A stretch of DNA of 62,885 bases, filler included, from Choristocarpus tenellus KU-1152 (Eukaryota; Protista; Phaeophyceae), in assembly GCA_964200185.2 (NCBI GenBank). It is 7 parts of 7 records of this genome, joined end to end, with 100 filler letters (N's around TTAATTAATTAA, not from the genome) between each part and the next. Parts side by side here need not be neighbours in the genome. Positions count along the whole stretch, not along the records: positions 23,373 to 29,454 come from CAXNAD020008983.1; positions 29,555 to 39,231 come from CAXNAD020003478.1; 5 more parts are not named here. One strand, given 5' to 3'. The position numbers and the translations under genes were made by a program. Shown here in pieces: positions 25,238 to 38,800 of the stretch (positions are counted from its first letter, which is position 1; every line of letters starts with the position of its first letter). Under the pieces are notes generated by a model. That model saw nothing but the letters and a program-made list of their open reading frames with translations, was not told the origin of the DNA and did no database searches.

Positions 25238-27321
25238 ATTATTCTGGGGCTTTTAAAAAAAGAAGAAAAATTTGGGTNNNNNNNNNNGGGGGAGTGGAGA
25301 AAAAATGATTTATGGGGGGGGGGGGGGGGGGGGGGGGGGGGACGAGGAGGTTGGAGGCAATATTCTCGAGCTGTTAAAAAAAAGAAGAAAAATTCTGTTG
25401 GTGGTTTGTTTGTGTCGACGGTGTTGTTTGTATTTTTTATTTTAATTTTAATTGAAGTCAAATTATGATTGGGTCGTTGAGAAGGAACAGATAATCCAAT
25501 GGCTGTCTATTGTCATTTTGAGCCCAGTGTCATGGATTGATATCTCAACGCCTTGTGCTCATGGTAGTTGGGTGTGCTTTGCTTTGCACTGTACACACAG
25601 CCTCTACAGCAGTAGGTTTGATCTGACCCAAAGGATGTATTTTTTTTTTGTGTTAATAGTATTGTTTTGTTTACTAAATACATCTATTTTTCGGGAAGAA
25701 TATCTAGTGTGGCTATTTTAACATTGTATGTATATCATTTTATGCTATTGTTTTGATGCCGTACACAAACCCTAACCCTAGTATAGCCCCTGTCACGTAC
25801 CTACTTCAAACTTAAAGAACATCATGTTGGCTATTTGCAACACTTTCAATATATTCATGAATGAATATATATATATATAAATGCAGATGAGACTGGCTCA
25901 AGCGGACCAAGATCTGGAGGGACTAGGAGAGGACGTGGACAGACTGGGGGCAATAGCTACGACCCACAATGAGGAACTAAGGAGCCAACTCAGGTGTAGG
26001 GTATACATGAAACGGTTCTGGGTGGGGTTGGGTGCATGGTATGTGTGCTTTGATCTGCTTGTGAAGTTTGTCTGTGGTCTTGATTTTTATTTCTTTTTCC
26101 TGGCATGAAATAGCCTGATTTTTTTCTTTTTTTGTATTCAAAGGTTATACGGGCGTTGGAGGCTGATCGGAAATTGAAGTGTGCATTCGAGTGATAAAGA
26201 GTGGCTCCAGTGTTTGTTCTGTAATAGGATTGAGGTAAATAAAGTATACTACTTTTGTTATCCCTAACCTGACCCTGTGTTGGAAACATACGAAGACTGT
26301 AAAGGTTTCGCGCACAGATCACATGGTTTGATGTACGTAAAAATGGAGTAGATTTCTGTATTAGTGTCGATTTTTCTGTTAAAACATTGAGTTACTGTTG
26401 TTCCACGATGCATATATGTGACTGTGTGCCCCAGTGGATTTGTGGTATCTCTATATTGCTCGACGTCAGAGGTTGTGGGATCAAGTATCGATTGAATCGC
26501 TTTCCTGACTTCTTTTATGGCTGAAGGTGAAGTGCACAATTTCAGCGAGAGAGAATTTCCCTGAATTGACTTAAGGGGAAAGATTGAAAGGGACATTATT
26601 CGGGAGAATTGCCGATTAGCTGGGTGGTGGTGATGCAGGGATTGTTCTGGGAACAGGGGGATTGCTCTGGGAATGTTGAAGGTCTCTGACTTTGTTAATT
26701 ATTGAGGTAACACTGTTCCATTGGGTCGGTTAGTCATGTGGCGATCTATCTCTTGCTGTAGGACAGTGGTATAGTGTCTCGATATTTGACAGCTTCCGCT
26801 CCTTCTACTCCAATTAGTTTGTTGTTTACATGATAGGTATTGATGGTAATCATTGTCATGAGAATGTTCCCTCAGACCCTCCCCCCCAAAAAATAAAAAA
26901 TAATCGGAAGTAGAGTATGGTCAATGTATAAATAAGAACATATATTTATAAGAATAGTAATGAAACATTTTACTAATGCAACATTTTCAGGCCCCTTCCA
27001 GTTCGTTACTAATTCAAAACTCTAGATGTACAATATATATATATATATCTGTTACCTCATTCGATGTCTGATTAGATTTATACCATGCTGTAAGTGGTCT
27101 TGGTCTTGAGAATGATTTTTTTTGCAAGTTTTTATTTATTTATCTATTTATTTATTTTTACTAATTTATAGAAATCAAGTTAATTTCTATTTGTGACTTG
27201 TTCTACTTCTGCTGCTCCTGTTGCTTCAGGTTGATGACCGCCCTGGATGAGGACCTAGATGAAGCCACAGAGCGAATGAACTTTGTCATGGGCCGACTAG
27301 GGAAATTGCTCAAGACAAAGA
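23498..27321 (+). CDS. Qc-SNARE, syntaxin-6/SYP6/Tlg1-like, partial (3 internal exons; N-terminus and TM exon not found)
   Basis: Exons 23498-23596, 25887-25993, 27230-27321 splice in phase to ...GNLGATTQQERDNTGEVLDHQSRVKMRLAQADQDLEGLGEDVDRLGAIATTHNEELRSQLRLMTALDEDLDEATERMNFVMGRLGKLLKTK, a SNARE heptad with zero-layer Q. A 10-N gap lies within the first intron. Confidence 0.85.
24853..25019 (-). CDS. Putative terminal coding exon of an unidentified minus-strand gene, inside a SNARE intron
   Basis: CAAG acceptor, then xFGTLNFYSKSWSFNPGAKSLMEKRHLKGQETSSDDVEGNQQLGTTELLEKATKT-TAA. Codons are strongly C/G-ending, like the real exons. No family recognised. Confidence 0.45.
25050..25118 (+). repeat. 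Interrupted (CA)n microsatellite
   Basis: Directly visible in the sequence. Confidence 0.9.
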
Positions 27322-28174
27322 GTGAGTGTGAGGGACAAGCTGTTGTCCGGTGTGGCTTCAGTAGTGGAAGTTCGAAGACTGAATCCCTCTGTTGTTTTCA
27401 TCTGTGGCATTAAATGCTTAAGTTCGACGACTGTACCCGAATGGTCTTCGCTATTTGCGTACATACACTCACACACACACACATACACACATACACATAT
27501 ACACACATATACATATATACATGTGTTACTATGTACAGATGGAGTAGTTTGTACTGTACTAAATTATATTATATATATTTTAGTATACAAATTGATGTAC
27601 ATCAAAATGTGCAATTGGCAGAGGCGTTCTTCTGTAATAGTGGTACATGTGCATGTGGAGTTATTCGTATTGTATTATATTACGTTATATGTTTTTTAAT
27701 ATACAAATGTATGTACGTCAGAATGTGCAATTGACAGAGGCGTTCGTTCTTCTGTGCACGTGCCATCTGAGTCCTCCGTCTACAATAGAAAAATAATACT
27801 TTCTAAGACTAGCCTAGGGAATTAATTATACACATTTTTTTGTTGTAGATAATATCTGTTCGTCGTAATGAGAGAGGGACACACCGGTGTGTGCAGGAAC
27901 GATGCCAAGAAAGGGTTTCCAACACCTTGGCATGCCTTTAGATGTATGGTGCGTGGGGATTTGTCAGGCGTTTCATGGGAGCTTTTTGTTACATCGTCTC
28001 ATGAAAGTATAAAGAAATGTGTATATGATCAACATCTGTGTTGTAGTTTTCCTTAGCTCAGTCACGCTATATTTTATGAAACACGTTGTGCCAAGCGCTT
28101 GTTCTTGGAGGGTAGGAATTTCAGGACGAGGATGTTCCTCTCCCGTATGTACTGCTTTGAAGTGAATGCGAGTC

Positions 28175-28348
28175 GAGGTCATTGAGACTTCTTATTAGTC
28201 AAGGTTGCATTTTGAGGATCCCGAGAAATGGCACAAAAATATATATGCCATTTTGTAGAGGTCATTGAGACTTCTTATTAGGCAAGGTTGCAAGGTTGAA
28301 TTTTGAGGATCCCAAGAAATGGCACAAAAAAAATATGCCATTTTGTAG
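28175..28348 (+). repeat. Imperfect tandem duplication (~83-90-bp unit x2)
   Basis: GAGGTCATTGAGACTTCTTATTAG...GCCATTTTGTAG starts at 28175 and again at 28258. Confidence 0.9.

Positions 28349-28354
<6 letters not shown>

Positions 28355-28390
<36 letters not shown>
28355..28390 (+). repeat. (AG)n microsatellite
   Basis: Perfect dinucleotide run. Confidence 0.95.
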
Positions 28391-28392
<2 letters not shown>

Positions 28393-28694
28393 GGTCTTCT
28401 TTGTTGAATTGTGGCGTCACTTTTTGTGTGTGAAGGGGGAATTATCAATTTTCGCATGCATGCACTATTATTGTATTAAAAAAAGCAATGATGTAGACTG
28501 TATTGCGATGATGATGCGAGCCAACCGAGGTAGCTCAGGATGCGACAAAATCCTAACTCAGGACCAAGTATGTCTCTACCACTAATTTACTTTGGCTCTG
28601 GTTTTCTGAGCCGTAAAGGTGCCCTGTAACAGTGATAGTACAGTTTCATCCATTGAAGTAATTGTACAGTTAGGGTCAGCAGAGTGCTGTGACT

Positions 28695-28881
28695 GACCCA
28701 AAGTATCTGGGGGGGGGGGGGGGGGGTCTACACCAGGGTGTCCATTTGGGGCATAACCAGGAAAAGTGCACTTTCATTATCCATCCGACGCATGCAACCA
28801 AATCACCCAAAAATCGTGACATGAAAAAATCGGTCCCAAATGGACAGCCGCCACCCCTCCCGCCCCCAGATACTTTGAGCC
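28695..28881 (+). mobile_element. MITE family B, full copy (187 bp), TSD GACT
   Basis: Ends GACCCAAAGTATCTGGGGG and CCCCCAGATACTTTGAGCC, flanked by GACT on both sides. Confidence 0.85.
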
Positions 28882-29554
28882 GACTAGCTGGCTATCTACT
28901 ATGAAAGAAAGTGATGATAGTATGAAGCACTGAATGTATGTATAGTAATGTATACTGTTATTGACATATGTATATGGGTAGTACAACTCACCCTGTCAAA
29001 CTGATGTGCATATCGCTCCACATCTGATTGGCTGGAATGTCCGATTTTTGATCAATATTGAAGTGCCCCCGATTTTTATTTTTTATTTTTACTCTCCAGA
29101 GTCCTCTCGGTAATAGGGTTCTTTGAAGAGTTTAAAAAAAATATGCTTTTTGTGTATGTGCATGTGCATGTGTTTTTTTTTTCAGGTGTTTTCTTTTTTT
29201 TTGAGATGTTAGAAGGGTGATGATGAAGCATGCTTGATTTTGATTGGAGGAGGGTCTGAAACCTCTGGAAATATTTTCAAATTTAGTTTATGCCGTCAAT
29301 GGCGTGAAGGAATAATATTGATGTATGATAACAATAATATTAATAATATACATTTCTGTGTATTTATCTCTTGGGGGGGGGGGGGGGGGGGGGGGGTCTG
29401 CCCCCCCGAAAAATTTTGTGGGGGGGGGGAAAAAATTTGTTGTGTTTGCGGTGGNNNNNNNNNNNNNNNNNNNNNNNNNNNNNNNNNNNNNNNNNNNNTT
29501 AATTAATTAANNNNNNNNNNNNNNNNNNNNNNNNNNNNNNNNNNNNNNNNNNNN

Positions 29555-32461
29555 CAGGCCAGGTTCAGTCTCCGGAGACCCCCCCCCGGAGTTTGGTTGT
29601 TATGACCCTCTCCACCAACTGCACTATTGCCACTGCGGCTTCTCCTTTTCCTACTACTGCTGCCCCTCAGGGCACTTGCCAAAGCACAGGCACCGCCATC
29701 CCCAACCATGTTACCACTCAAGTCGAGCACCTCCAGTCTACCCTCTTGACTCTCCCGAAAGAGTTTGGACAGGGCGGTAACACCGATCTCAGAAATCTTG
29801 TTGTATCCAAGCCTGTGTTGTGATTTTTTTATTTTGTGTGTGAACGATGGACATGGGCAATTAAAAAAAAAGTGTAACCTACATGGGTTCACATCCTATC
29901 AGAGTAAATAAAATAACAGCTTGTACAGCACTTTATATATACTGAATATATTGTGCTAGGCTGAAACGTGGGTGGAATCTATTGTAGGCCATGACCCAAT
30001 ACACGCTTGGGGGAGGGGGGGATAGAGGGGAGTTAGTTGACTGCATAGATTAGGCAGACATTTTATCTTTTTGAATGTGCAAGAGCATTACTAACAGCAG
30101 GAAAAGAAGGAACTCCCCCCCCATCACATTCCAGTTGTGATATTGATGGTAAAGATGGGAAATAGAGACTGAGGGGGACAGAGAGGGGGACAGATGTGAA
30201 AGCATGCCATCACATACAAAAGTGTTTTCACCTCAACTCACGCAGCTTAGTGTTGGAGAGGAGAGCATCCGTCAAGACCTTAGCACCCTCATCTCCAATT
30301 CGACACCTAAGTTTGGTACCATTTAATACATAGAAGGATGGGGGGTGGAAGCAGTGGGGAATGGGATAGAGGCAATTATAACAAAAAAACCCCAGCAAAG
30401 CAAAACTCTTTAGTTCACATCCTGGTTGCTGCAGGCCTACTTGTGTGATGCAAACCCTCCTCGCTCACATGGTCAGGTCAAGAATCTCAAGCTGACAGTT
30501 CTTCCTAAGAGCTGAGGCCAGGGCCCTAGCCCCAGCATCTCCCACGTGGTTTCCGGTGAGCAACAGGCGCCTGATCCCTTCCTTGCGCACTGATGTGGAT
30601 GTGGTAGGGGAGGAGGAAGAGGAGGGAGGATCAACTTCAACTTTACCCTCTTGCACTACTGTTGACGGGGTTGATGCTGCTGCAGAGTTTTTGAGGAGAG
30701 CTGAGGACAGGTACCTGAAGGTCACATACAGCACAAGTAGCACATCCCAAGTGAATCATATATATGGTTGGGGGGGAGGTAGCAGGGAACGATGGGGGGG
30801 GGGGAGGGGTTAGGGTGACAGAAAGTGATGATGGTGCATAGTGTGGTTGGCATTGTCATTGTGGATAAAAAGCTTTGGTGATGGGTTTGAGGTGTGTATG
30901 CGAAACGGTGGTACCTGAAACAGTTTGGTGTAAATGAAAACAAGGATGTGTATGTCACACCATCAGGGTGTGGGCACAGGTATTAGCATGCATTGAATAC
31001 AGAGACTACCAGATGCTAGAGCTGCATCATGGGGCTGGATTGGGTCAGTTTTAGTCATACTGTTTCCATTCTCTCCTTTAATTCGATGTCCTGTCAACAA
31101 ATCCATGTAAGGATGCATGGCCTGCTCAAGTCAGATCATTCATGGGATAACACAGGATGTCACCACTGTCCATAGTATCCTGGTCTGCTGAGTCGTAAAG
31201 AATCTCAACTGACAATGACGACCCTGACAACTTCACCCTGAAGCCAAATTTCTTCAATGCTCTTTGTGACTGTGAGCTTAGTAAGCCTCCAATTGACCAG
31301 AGTTACAACGTTATTGGTCAAACATAATGTCAAGTCGGTTTAAGTCAAGCCAAAAAGCGGTAACCGGAACAGCAAGGCGGAGGAAAATCACCTGCAGCTG
31401 ACAGGACTGAGGTTGCAGAAACGGAGGGAGAGCTCTTCCATCCCACCCCCACAGTTCATCCCACGCTCCTTAAAGTAAGCGGGGAAGAGCTGCACCCCAG
31501 CATCACCTATGGGGTTGAAATCTAAAGAGAGAGATACCAGGTTGTTCTTCGGACATTTCCGTAGATTGTCAAATAAGGATCCTGACCCGGCGGATGTGAG
31601 CTATCCATGCCATGTATGGTGTGGGGAGGTTTTGTGCAGTGAGGACAGAGGGGGGTAGGGGGGGGGCACCCTTGGGTTATCTTTGCGCTACATATCTAGC
31701 CCCGCATTTGGCCTACCAATAAGACATGGGGTGGAGACAATTTTGGGGGGATAGCGAGGAGGCGACGGGTAAGTTCAGGGTTGCAAAATGACGACCAGGC
31801 AATCAGACGTCGACGTCTAGGAGAGATATCAGAAGAAATATACCGAGAGATGCATTGTTGCACATGTTACGATGAGCACTGGATGTCCAGTCCGTTAATG
31901 AGAGAGCTTACTTCAAAATTGTTAAGCATACATCGTTCAATACTATACCTGATTCTGTCGCAAGGACAAGCCAGCGATACCTGCTTCCCCGCAGATATGG
32001 GGCGATGCAGCAAGAAGGGCAACGCCAGCATCCCCGAGGGCACACTCCCGCAAATTCAGGGAAGAAGGGGGTGAAGGAACTCCAGAAAGTGAGTGGTGTT
32101 TCTCATCTCCTTCCCTTTTCCCATCCCCGCTTTGTGACTTGTCGACTTGAGAAATTTCGAGTGAAGTACTATCGATTTCTGCGAGTGTTTTCCTCTGGGC
32201 CATATGTTCAAGAAGATTTGGTATCCCCTGCCAGCCAATAAAGCAAAAGGAGAGGTCTAATACAGGATTGCAAAATTCCACTGCATTTTTTCTCGTGATG
32301 GGGGACAGGTCCCACGAACGTGATGGGGTCGAGGTGTAACTTGTGTTAGGAATTGTCGCCACACTTGTGGCAGGCTCAACTCCCACCACTTTAGCTATAA
32401 GCAGAGTTGGTAATACTGAGATGAGGACAACAAGTCCAATTCGACTTGCACACATGGTCAT
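29555..32461 (-). CDS. Leucine-rich repeat protein (ribonuclease-inhibitor/NLRC3-like LRRs) with N-terminal signal-peptide-like segment; 3' end lost in gap
   Basis: Exons (minus): 31949-32461, 31392-31600, 30469-30714, 30232-30306, <29555-29812; in phase. Repeats: LNLRECALGDAGVALL, LSLDFNPIGDAGV, LLLTGNHVGDAGARALASAL, LDLTMCRIGDEGAKVLTDAL, LRLGYNKISEIGVTAL, LDLSGNMVGDGGACALASAL. Confidence 0.88.
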
Positions 32462-32821
32462 AGTCCCTACTTATCGTGGAGTCTGCCCTAAGTTCAAAGT
32501 TCATAGGATAGTTACTAGTCAGTGCTCCAACTTTTCAACTTCACTTTCATGATTTTTTGAGTTTCAATTTTCACAAGAAGTACCGCGATCTCCGCGCGCC
32601 GCGTTCTGTCATACCAGCCTCCCGTTTCCATGTGTCAGGCGTCAGGACCTCAACAACAAACAGTCACTTATAGGCGATATCACCCATCACATACAGTACC
32701 TCGTCTTCAGTCAAACAACAACCTAACCCGCTCATCTCGGACTAGGTGGTGAATATCCTCAGTCTACCCTTCACTGCGGGGTAGAACGCGCCGCCACCGC
32801 ATCAAATAATCAACTGAGAAG
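32462..32821. promoter_or_regulatory. 360-bp divergent intergenic region, likely bidirectional promoter of the LRR and S1-domain genes
   Basis: Lies between opposite start codons and contains a CpG-dense patch (CCGCGATCTCCGCGCGCCGCG at ~32583-32603). Confidence 0.6.
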
Positions 32822-35800
32822 ATGAGGTCGGTGCGGGTGGCTCTGCCTTTGGCACTCATGTTGGGCCTGGTTGGCTCCAGCTCAGCTTTCCTTGTGAGGC
32901 CAAACGTGCTCCCCTCGCACGTTATGGTACCTGCGCACAAGTACAATGCAGCGCTGTGTGGGGTTCGGGCCCAGCCTCGCGTGTACCGCCACCTGCGGAC
33001 CATGTCAGCCACTGTTGAGTCAACTGAGACGGAGGTGTCTGATATTCCCGGGACGGAACCAGAGGCTGTGGCTGCTGCTGATCCTGTGGCGATAGTGGCT
33101 GAGGTATATTACCCTTAATTTCTTTGGTTTCCCTGGACAATCACTTGATGTTTTTGGCGGGCTACTTCGTGCCCGCCCATCATGTGTGGTTGAGGTGATC
33201 CTTCTTCCTTTGTATATCAGCTACTCCACCCACCCACACCCACACTTATAACAACTCCATCATCTACCAATCTCTTCATGTGATAAAAATGATACACAAC
33301 CTGACGTCCGACACCCTTTTGTCTTCCGTTACTCGTAAGGACTCCACAACCGATGATGTTGAAGGTGTGTCCTTCTCCGATGACGAGCCAGCGGCGGAGA
33401 TCCCTCTGTCTAACATCAAGGCAGGGGAAGAGTACGAGGGTGTTGTCAACAACGTTGTGTCATACGGTGCCTTCGTAGACGTTGGGACAGAGGTGCGTTG
33501 TGTTGTTCATGATGACCTCAACGTGCGTGCGAGACTACATGAAACATGTGTCAATGTGTACGCGTCCGTTGAACCTTCGCTTGGGATCTCTAGTTGTAAA
33601 ATGTCCTTAGCAGCAGCTGAAGTGTATCCTTGCCATCCCTAAATCGTTCACCCTAAATTTCTAGCCGACGACAAGAGCGAGTTGAACTTTGGATGGAGGA
33701 CAACAAGAACACAACTCAATGTCTATTTTCAATCACCACTTGCCCTTTTTAGTCCCCTCATCAACCGTTGCGAAAAAATCCTTTTTCTGCTATTTTCTCT
33801 CACGTATCTCGCTTTCCGAATTCCCTTCTGGTCCCTGCCAACTTTGTCCAACACCTTCCAATGTTAGGTGAACGGGCTTGTTCACATCTCCCAACTGGCT
33901 GATGAGTTTGTGGCTAACACGGAGGACCACGTTTCAGAGGGTGACACGGTAGGACTACGTGCAGCATGTCAACGTCTCGACATTCTTTTATCAATTCAAG
34001 AATATAAATACATGTTGCACCGTTGCTCTGGTCAAAATAAGTCCAGGTGATACCTGCGACACCCTCGACAATTGCCATGATTGTAAGAATTTTCGCACAG
34101 CGCAGTTGAATACCTCCTCAAAGAATTTTCCCTCATTATCACCTCCCAACCGTGCACTCGTTATTCTCTCCACCTTCAGGTTCGTGTGCGTGTGCTAAGT
34201 GTGGACCCAGAGGGTCGCAAGCTGGTGCTTTCTATGAGGCAGAACCCTCGTCCCGCCCGTGCAACTCAGGGAGATGTATCCAAGTATGCTGACATGCTTA
34301 GTGAGGTGTGTTTTCAACGTCTTTGCATGCAGAGTTGCTCTTCTCAATTTTCTCAGCGATGTCATGCCATTTGTACATTTCTCTCAGAAGGCTGTACTTA
34401 GTTCAATCTGTGAGTTTAGAAGTAATTGTTGAAACTGTAATAAACTGGGTTCATCAGGTGTCCCTACTTCAGTCTCTTTTGATTCTAGACTAAAATGTTA
34501 GTATAATTTACAGTGCCAGAAATATACAATCCTGTCCTGATTGAGGAAGCTTCATTTATTTCATTTTGTCAAACAGCTTGGATTTACCATTGACAGTCTC
34601 TGTCCCGCGTGCAATATATTGCAGGATGCTGGTCAATTTATTGAGGGTAAGGTTGACAGCGTTGTCACCTACGGTGCATTCATCCAGCTTCCCGATGGCT
34701 GCTCGGGCTTCGTCCACATCTCTCAGGTATATAAAATTCCAATTTTCATCAGTGTACACTGCTTTGTTTTTATGAAGCTGCTCTGCCAGGGTTTGATGTA
34801 CCACAGATATTTTCTCAGTTTCCCTTATCCTGGTCATTTTCCTCAACATATTCCGTAAAAACTTGCACTCTTGAACCAGAGTTTTTTACAGTTGTAGCGG
34901 TCGTAACCATTGCCTTTTTTTTCCCACTCAACCAAGAAATCTTATCTTCCAACCAAGAATGTTTTTTCCTGACGAGCACATGATTGTTCTCCCTTGTCGC
35001 ACAGATTAACGCTGAGCGAAGGGTGGAGGATGTCAGGGATGAGTTATCCATTGGAGACACTGTCTCCGTGCGGATCCGTGAGGTAATTTTTAGCAGTTGT
35101 ACCTGTACCTAAACCTTTATTGTGTTCCTGGCAAGAGTTCCAATGTTGGTTTTTTCATTGTCCTCTCTTGTCCGATCTTCCTTGTTGTGTATGTGAAGGT
35201 TGATAACAGACTCAAGCGCATCAACCTGAGCCTTCTTCCGCTGCCCGCTGGTGGGCAGCGTGAGCTCCGGGGCGAGAAGGACGTGTCCATTTTCAGGGAT
35301 GCTGACAAGGAAGAGCTGCGTACAGGGATTGTGTCCGCTGTGACCCAGTATGGTGTGTTCGTGAACCTCGATGGAGTGGATGGTCTCCTGCACATTTCCA
35401 AGATCAGGGAGGACAACTCCCTGACTGTAGAGCAGATGCAGGCTGAGTTTGTGGAGGGCCAAGAGGTGCAGGTTCGCATCCTGGATGTCAATGAAAACAC
35501 CAACAAGATGTCGCTTACCATGCTTCCTTACCAGCCTGAGGCCGGTAAGAGTCCCTAGTCGATATTGTGGTACGTGTGTGAATCTTGCTGAGACTGTTGA
35601 GTTTTGATCTTGATTTTTTCTTTTGGTAGGATAGTGTGGTTTTTTGAAAGAGAGGTTGAGTGAGACTCTTGCTTGCTCTCATTATGTGTGATAATATTTC
35701 TGTTTATTTGGAAGTGAGATATGCAAACATGTAGTTAACTGTCCAGTGGATTTTGTTGGAGGGTTTGGTACTGGAGTCTTGGCTATTTTTTGTTGTGGAA

Positions 35801-38800
35801 GTGGTAATGAAATGAGCTGAGTACGTGTGAGGAACATGTAAATATACATCTGGTACTGTATAATTTGTAACGAAATGGCAATGTTTTTTGCATGAAAATG
35901 TTGATTACTTACGAGTAGAACAAAACACAACTGTGGAATGTGGTCCATTTCCTGGTATTCGAAGATCATGGTTCACAAAGCCAACAATTACCAATGCAGT
36001 GTTTAGATTTATTTTTTAGGTGTGTTTTCTATTCTATGCTTCGAAAGGTCTGATTCCATCACCCCGACAGAAGTGGGATACTTTTTGTAAAAAAATTAAA
36101 TGTGATTAAAGAAATGTTGCGTGTTTGGAAAGTAACCCTCACCCTCTCAACCCGAATACGTTCCATGAATTAAATTCTTTTGAGTTTCTTGGATCTATAC
36201 ACATATGTTAGTGCGGAATCGTCTGAGAGAGGTAGAATTTCTAGTACTTACTCTGTTACCCCAACCCTTGCTTGTGCTGTTACTTTCTGGTTGTGGGATG
36301 TCACGATCTTGACCTCAATTTGTTAAGACTTCAGCCGGTATGTTGATATCAGTCCCGAGGATTGGATTGAGGGTGAGGTAGTCTCCACCATGGGTTATGG
36401 TGCCTTTGTGCACCTTGGGGATGGCATAGACGGTATGGTCCACATCTCTCAGATGTCCAACACCAGAGTACAGGAAGTGACTGACATTCTGAATGTGAGT
36501 TCGTTTTGGTAGTTTTTTTCAAGCATCTTATTAATTAATTTTCTTTTTTGATCTGTTGAAGGCATGAAGTAGATGTTAAGAATATGGTAATGTGGATGAA
36601 GATGAGAATCATTATTCCTCAACATTTATTTTTATTGTTTGCATTGTACTAATTTGAAAACGGGGTCCTATAAGTCTGGGGGGAGTTGTTTGTAGCCAAG
36701 TTGTTCCTTTCGTGTGATTTTAAACTTGAATTTGTATACATTTGTTACATTGTTTCATTTTTTTTTTTTCCTATCTGTTTTTCATGGCATGCTTGTTTTG
36801 TCACAGAAAACAATTGTGTATTAAATTGGTTCAAATTGTTTGCCTAGAAGTGTACAAAGAATCAGATTTACCTTGAACGTGCTCGGAACTGGCGTGGCAC
36901 CCTTTTTTTTCTTGTTGAGTCTCGATGTATTGACAACATGCTCGATGGCATAATTAAGTACATGTATGTATGTTGTTTCCTTTGTTTTATTTAGGCTGTG
37001 TAATTTTAAAACGTCTGTTTTCACATTATCCACAGATTCGTAACAGGCATGAACTGTCCTTTCTTGTCGTAATCGATTTAAAACAGGTTGGTGACAAGGT
37101 CAGTGTGCGTGTCATTGAGGCCAACCCTATCACCAAGAAGATCCGCCTTACAATGACCGATTTCGGTGTTGGGCCTGACCAAGGTGGTGGTCGCAGCAGA
37201 TCTGTCAAGTCTGTGGACCAGTTCCTGGTAAGAATTGATGCTGATTCACAAAAAAATGTTACACTCAAGTTCCTTTTCCCGACCAAATATTTGACTCTAG
37301 TACTTGTTCTTCTGGAGTCTCATCTTCATCTGGATTTTCAGGTGTATTCCCATGGTCTGTTTGAAACTGTAGTTTTGGGATATAGTCAAGTCCTCTTGAG
37401 ATCTTGTAACCTGATCCTTCTTGTTTGTAATGCTGAATGCACAGGATATTCCTCAGGACGAGTGGATCCCAGGTACTGTCCAGACCATCAGGGACTTTGG
37501 TGCATTTGTGTCTATTGATGAAGACACGGACGGTCTTTTGCACATCTCTCAGATCGCAGATGAGCACATCGACAACGTTAGCGATATTCTTCAGGCAAGA
37601 CTTGTCCCAGTTTTGGTTGACATTTTGGGCGGTAGAATGTTTTGTGTTGTGGAGAAACAAAACCTTTGCCTCGTCAAATTCTGGACTAAGTGTAGTCAAA
37701 TTGTTCAATGAGCAGGTCGTTTCTGATCGTGGGTTGGTAATGTATGATCCTGTAATTTTGTTTTGTTTTGTACTTTGAACACATCCTCAGGTGGGTCAGG
37801 AAGTTCAGGTCCGCGTGATTGAGGTGGACACGGAAAACCGTCGCATCGGTCTGAGCATGAAGCCTGCTCGGCGATCAAAGCAGGGAAGGGGCCCCAAGAA
37901 GGACGTCAGTGTGCTTATGGGCGCAAATCCTGAGGAGTTTATCTCCGGACAGGTAGGAGTTTAAGCTCTTACAGGGGGTCTCTACTTTGGTCAGTATCTC
38001 TTGGCAGCTCATATGTAACATTTGTTACAGTAATAACTGAACCAAATTTTGCAACACATTTTTGGTTGTCTTGGTCTATGAACAGGTTGTTTCGATTGTT
38101 TCCTACGGTGCGTTTGTGAACATCATGAGTGACTCCATAGATGGAGGCATTGATGGTTTGGTGCACATCTCTGAGCTGGCAGTGGGGCGTGTGGATACTG
38201 TGGAGGACATCGTCCAGGTTTGTGTGTTAAGAGAGTAGAATATTCTCTTGTCAGAAGTAGAGGTGCATTGGTTGCCATTGCTGTTTTTAAAACGAGAGAT
38301 ATTGGTACACACAACTCACCTTCTAGGTTTTCTTGATGATTTGATGTTTTGCAGATTGGTCAGGAGGTTCAGGTGCGTATCTCTGATGTCAACCCTGAAG
38401 CCAACACAATCAACCTGTCGATGGTGCCACCGGGACAGTACAACAGGAAGAGGGATAACTCAGGGGGTTACGGTAAGTTGTGTTGATGGTGAGGGCTAGG
38501 GAGGTAAAGAGGAAGTTTGCAGGTTTTGGCCACTGTTTCGAGGGCATCCTTGTTCATCAGAGGATGGTATGAGACTCATCAATGTTTTAATGTATACTTG
38601 ATATGTCTGGCCAACTGTTTTTTGGTCATGTAGTTGGACTACAATCTATGAGTTTGATGTTAGACAAGTTTTCTAGCCAGTGTGTATGTTAAACTCTGGT
38701 TGTGTAATCCTTATGTCAGTAGTTATGTAGGGAGGGGTAAGTAGTCAATATCTCTATCGAAACAAACACCTCTCTAATAAAAACGTCAACATAATCACCC

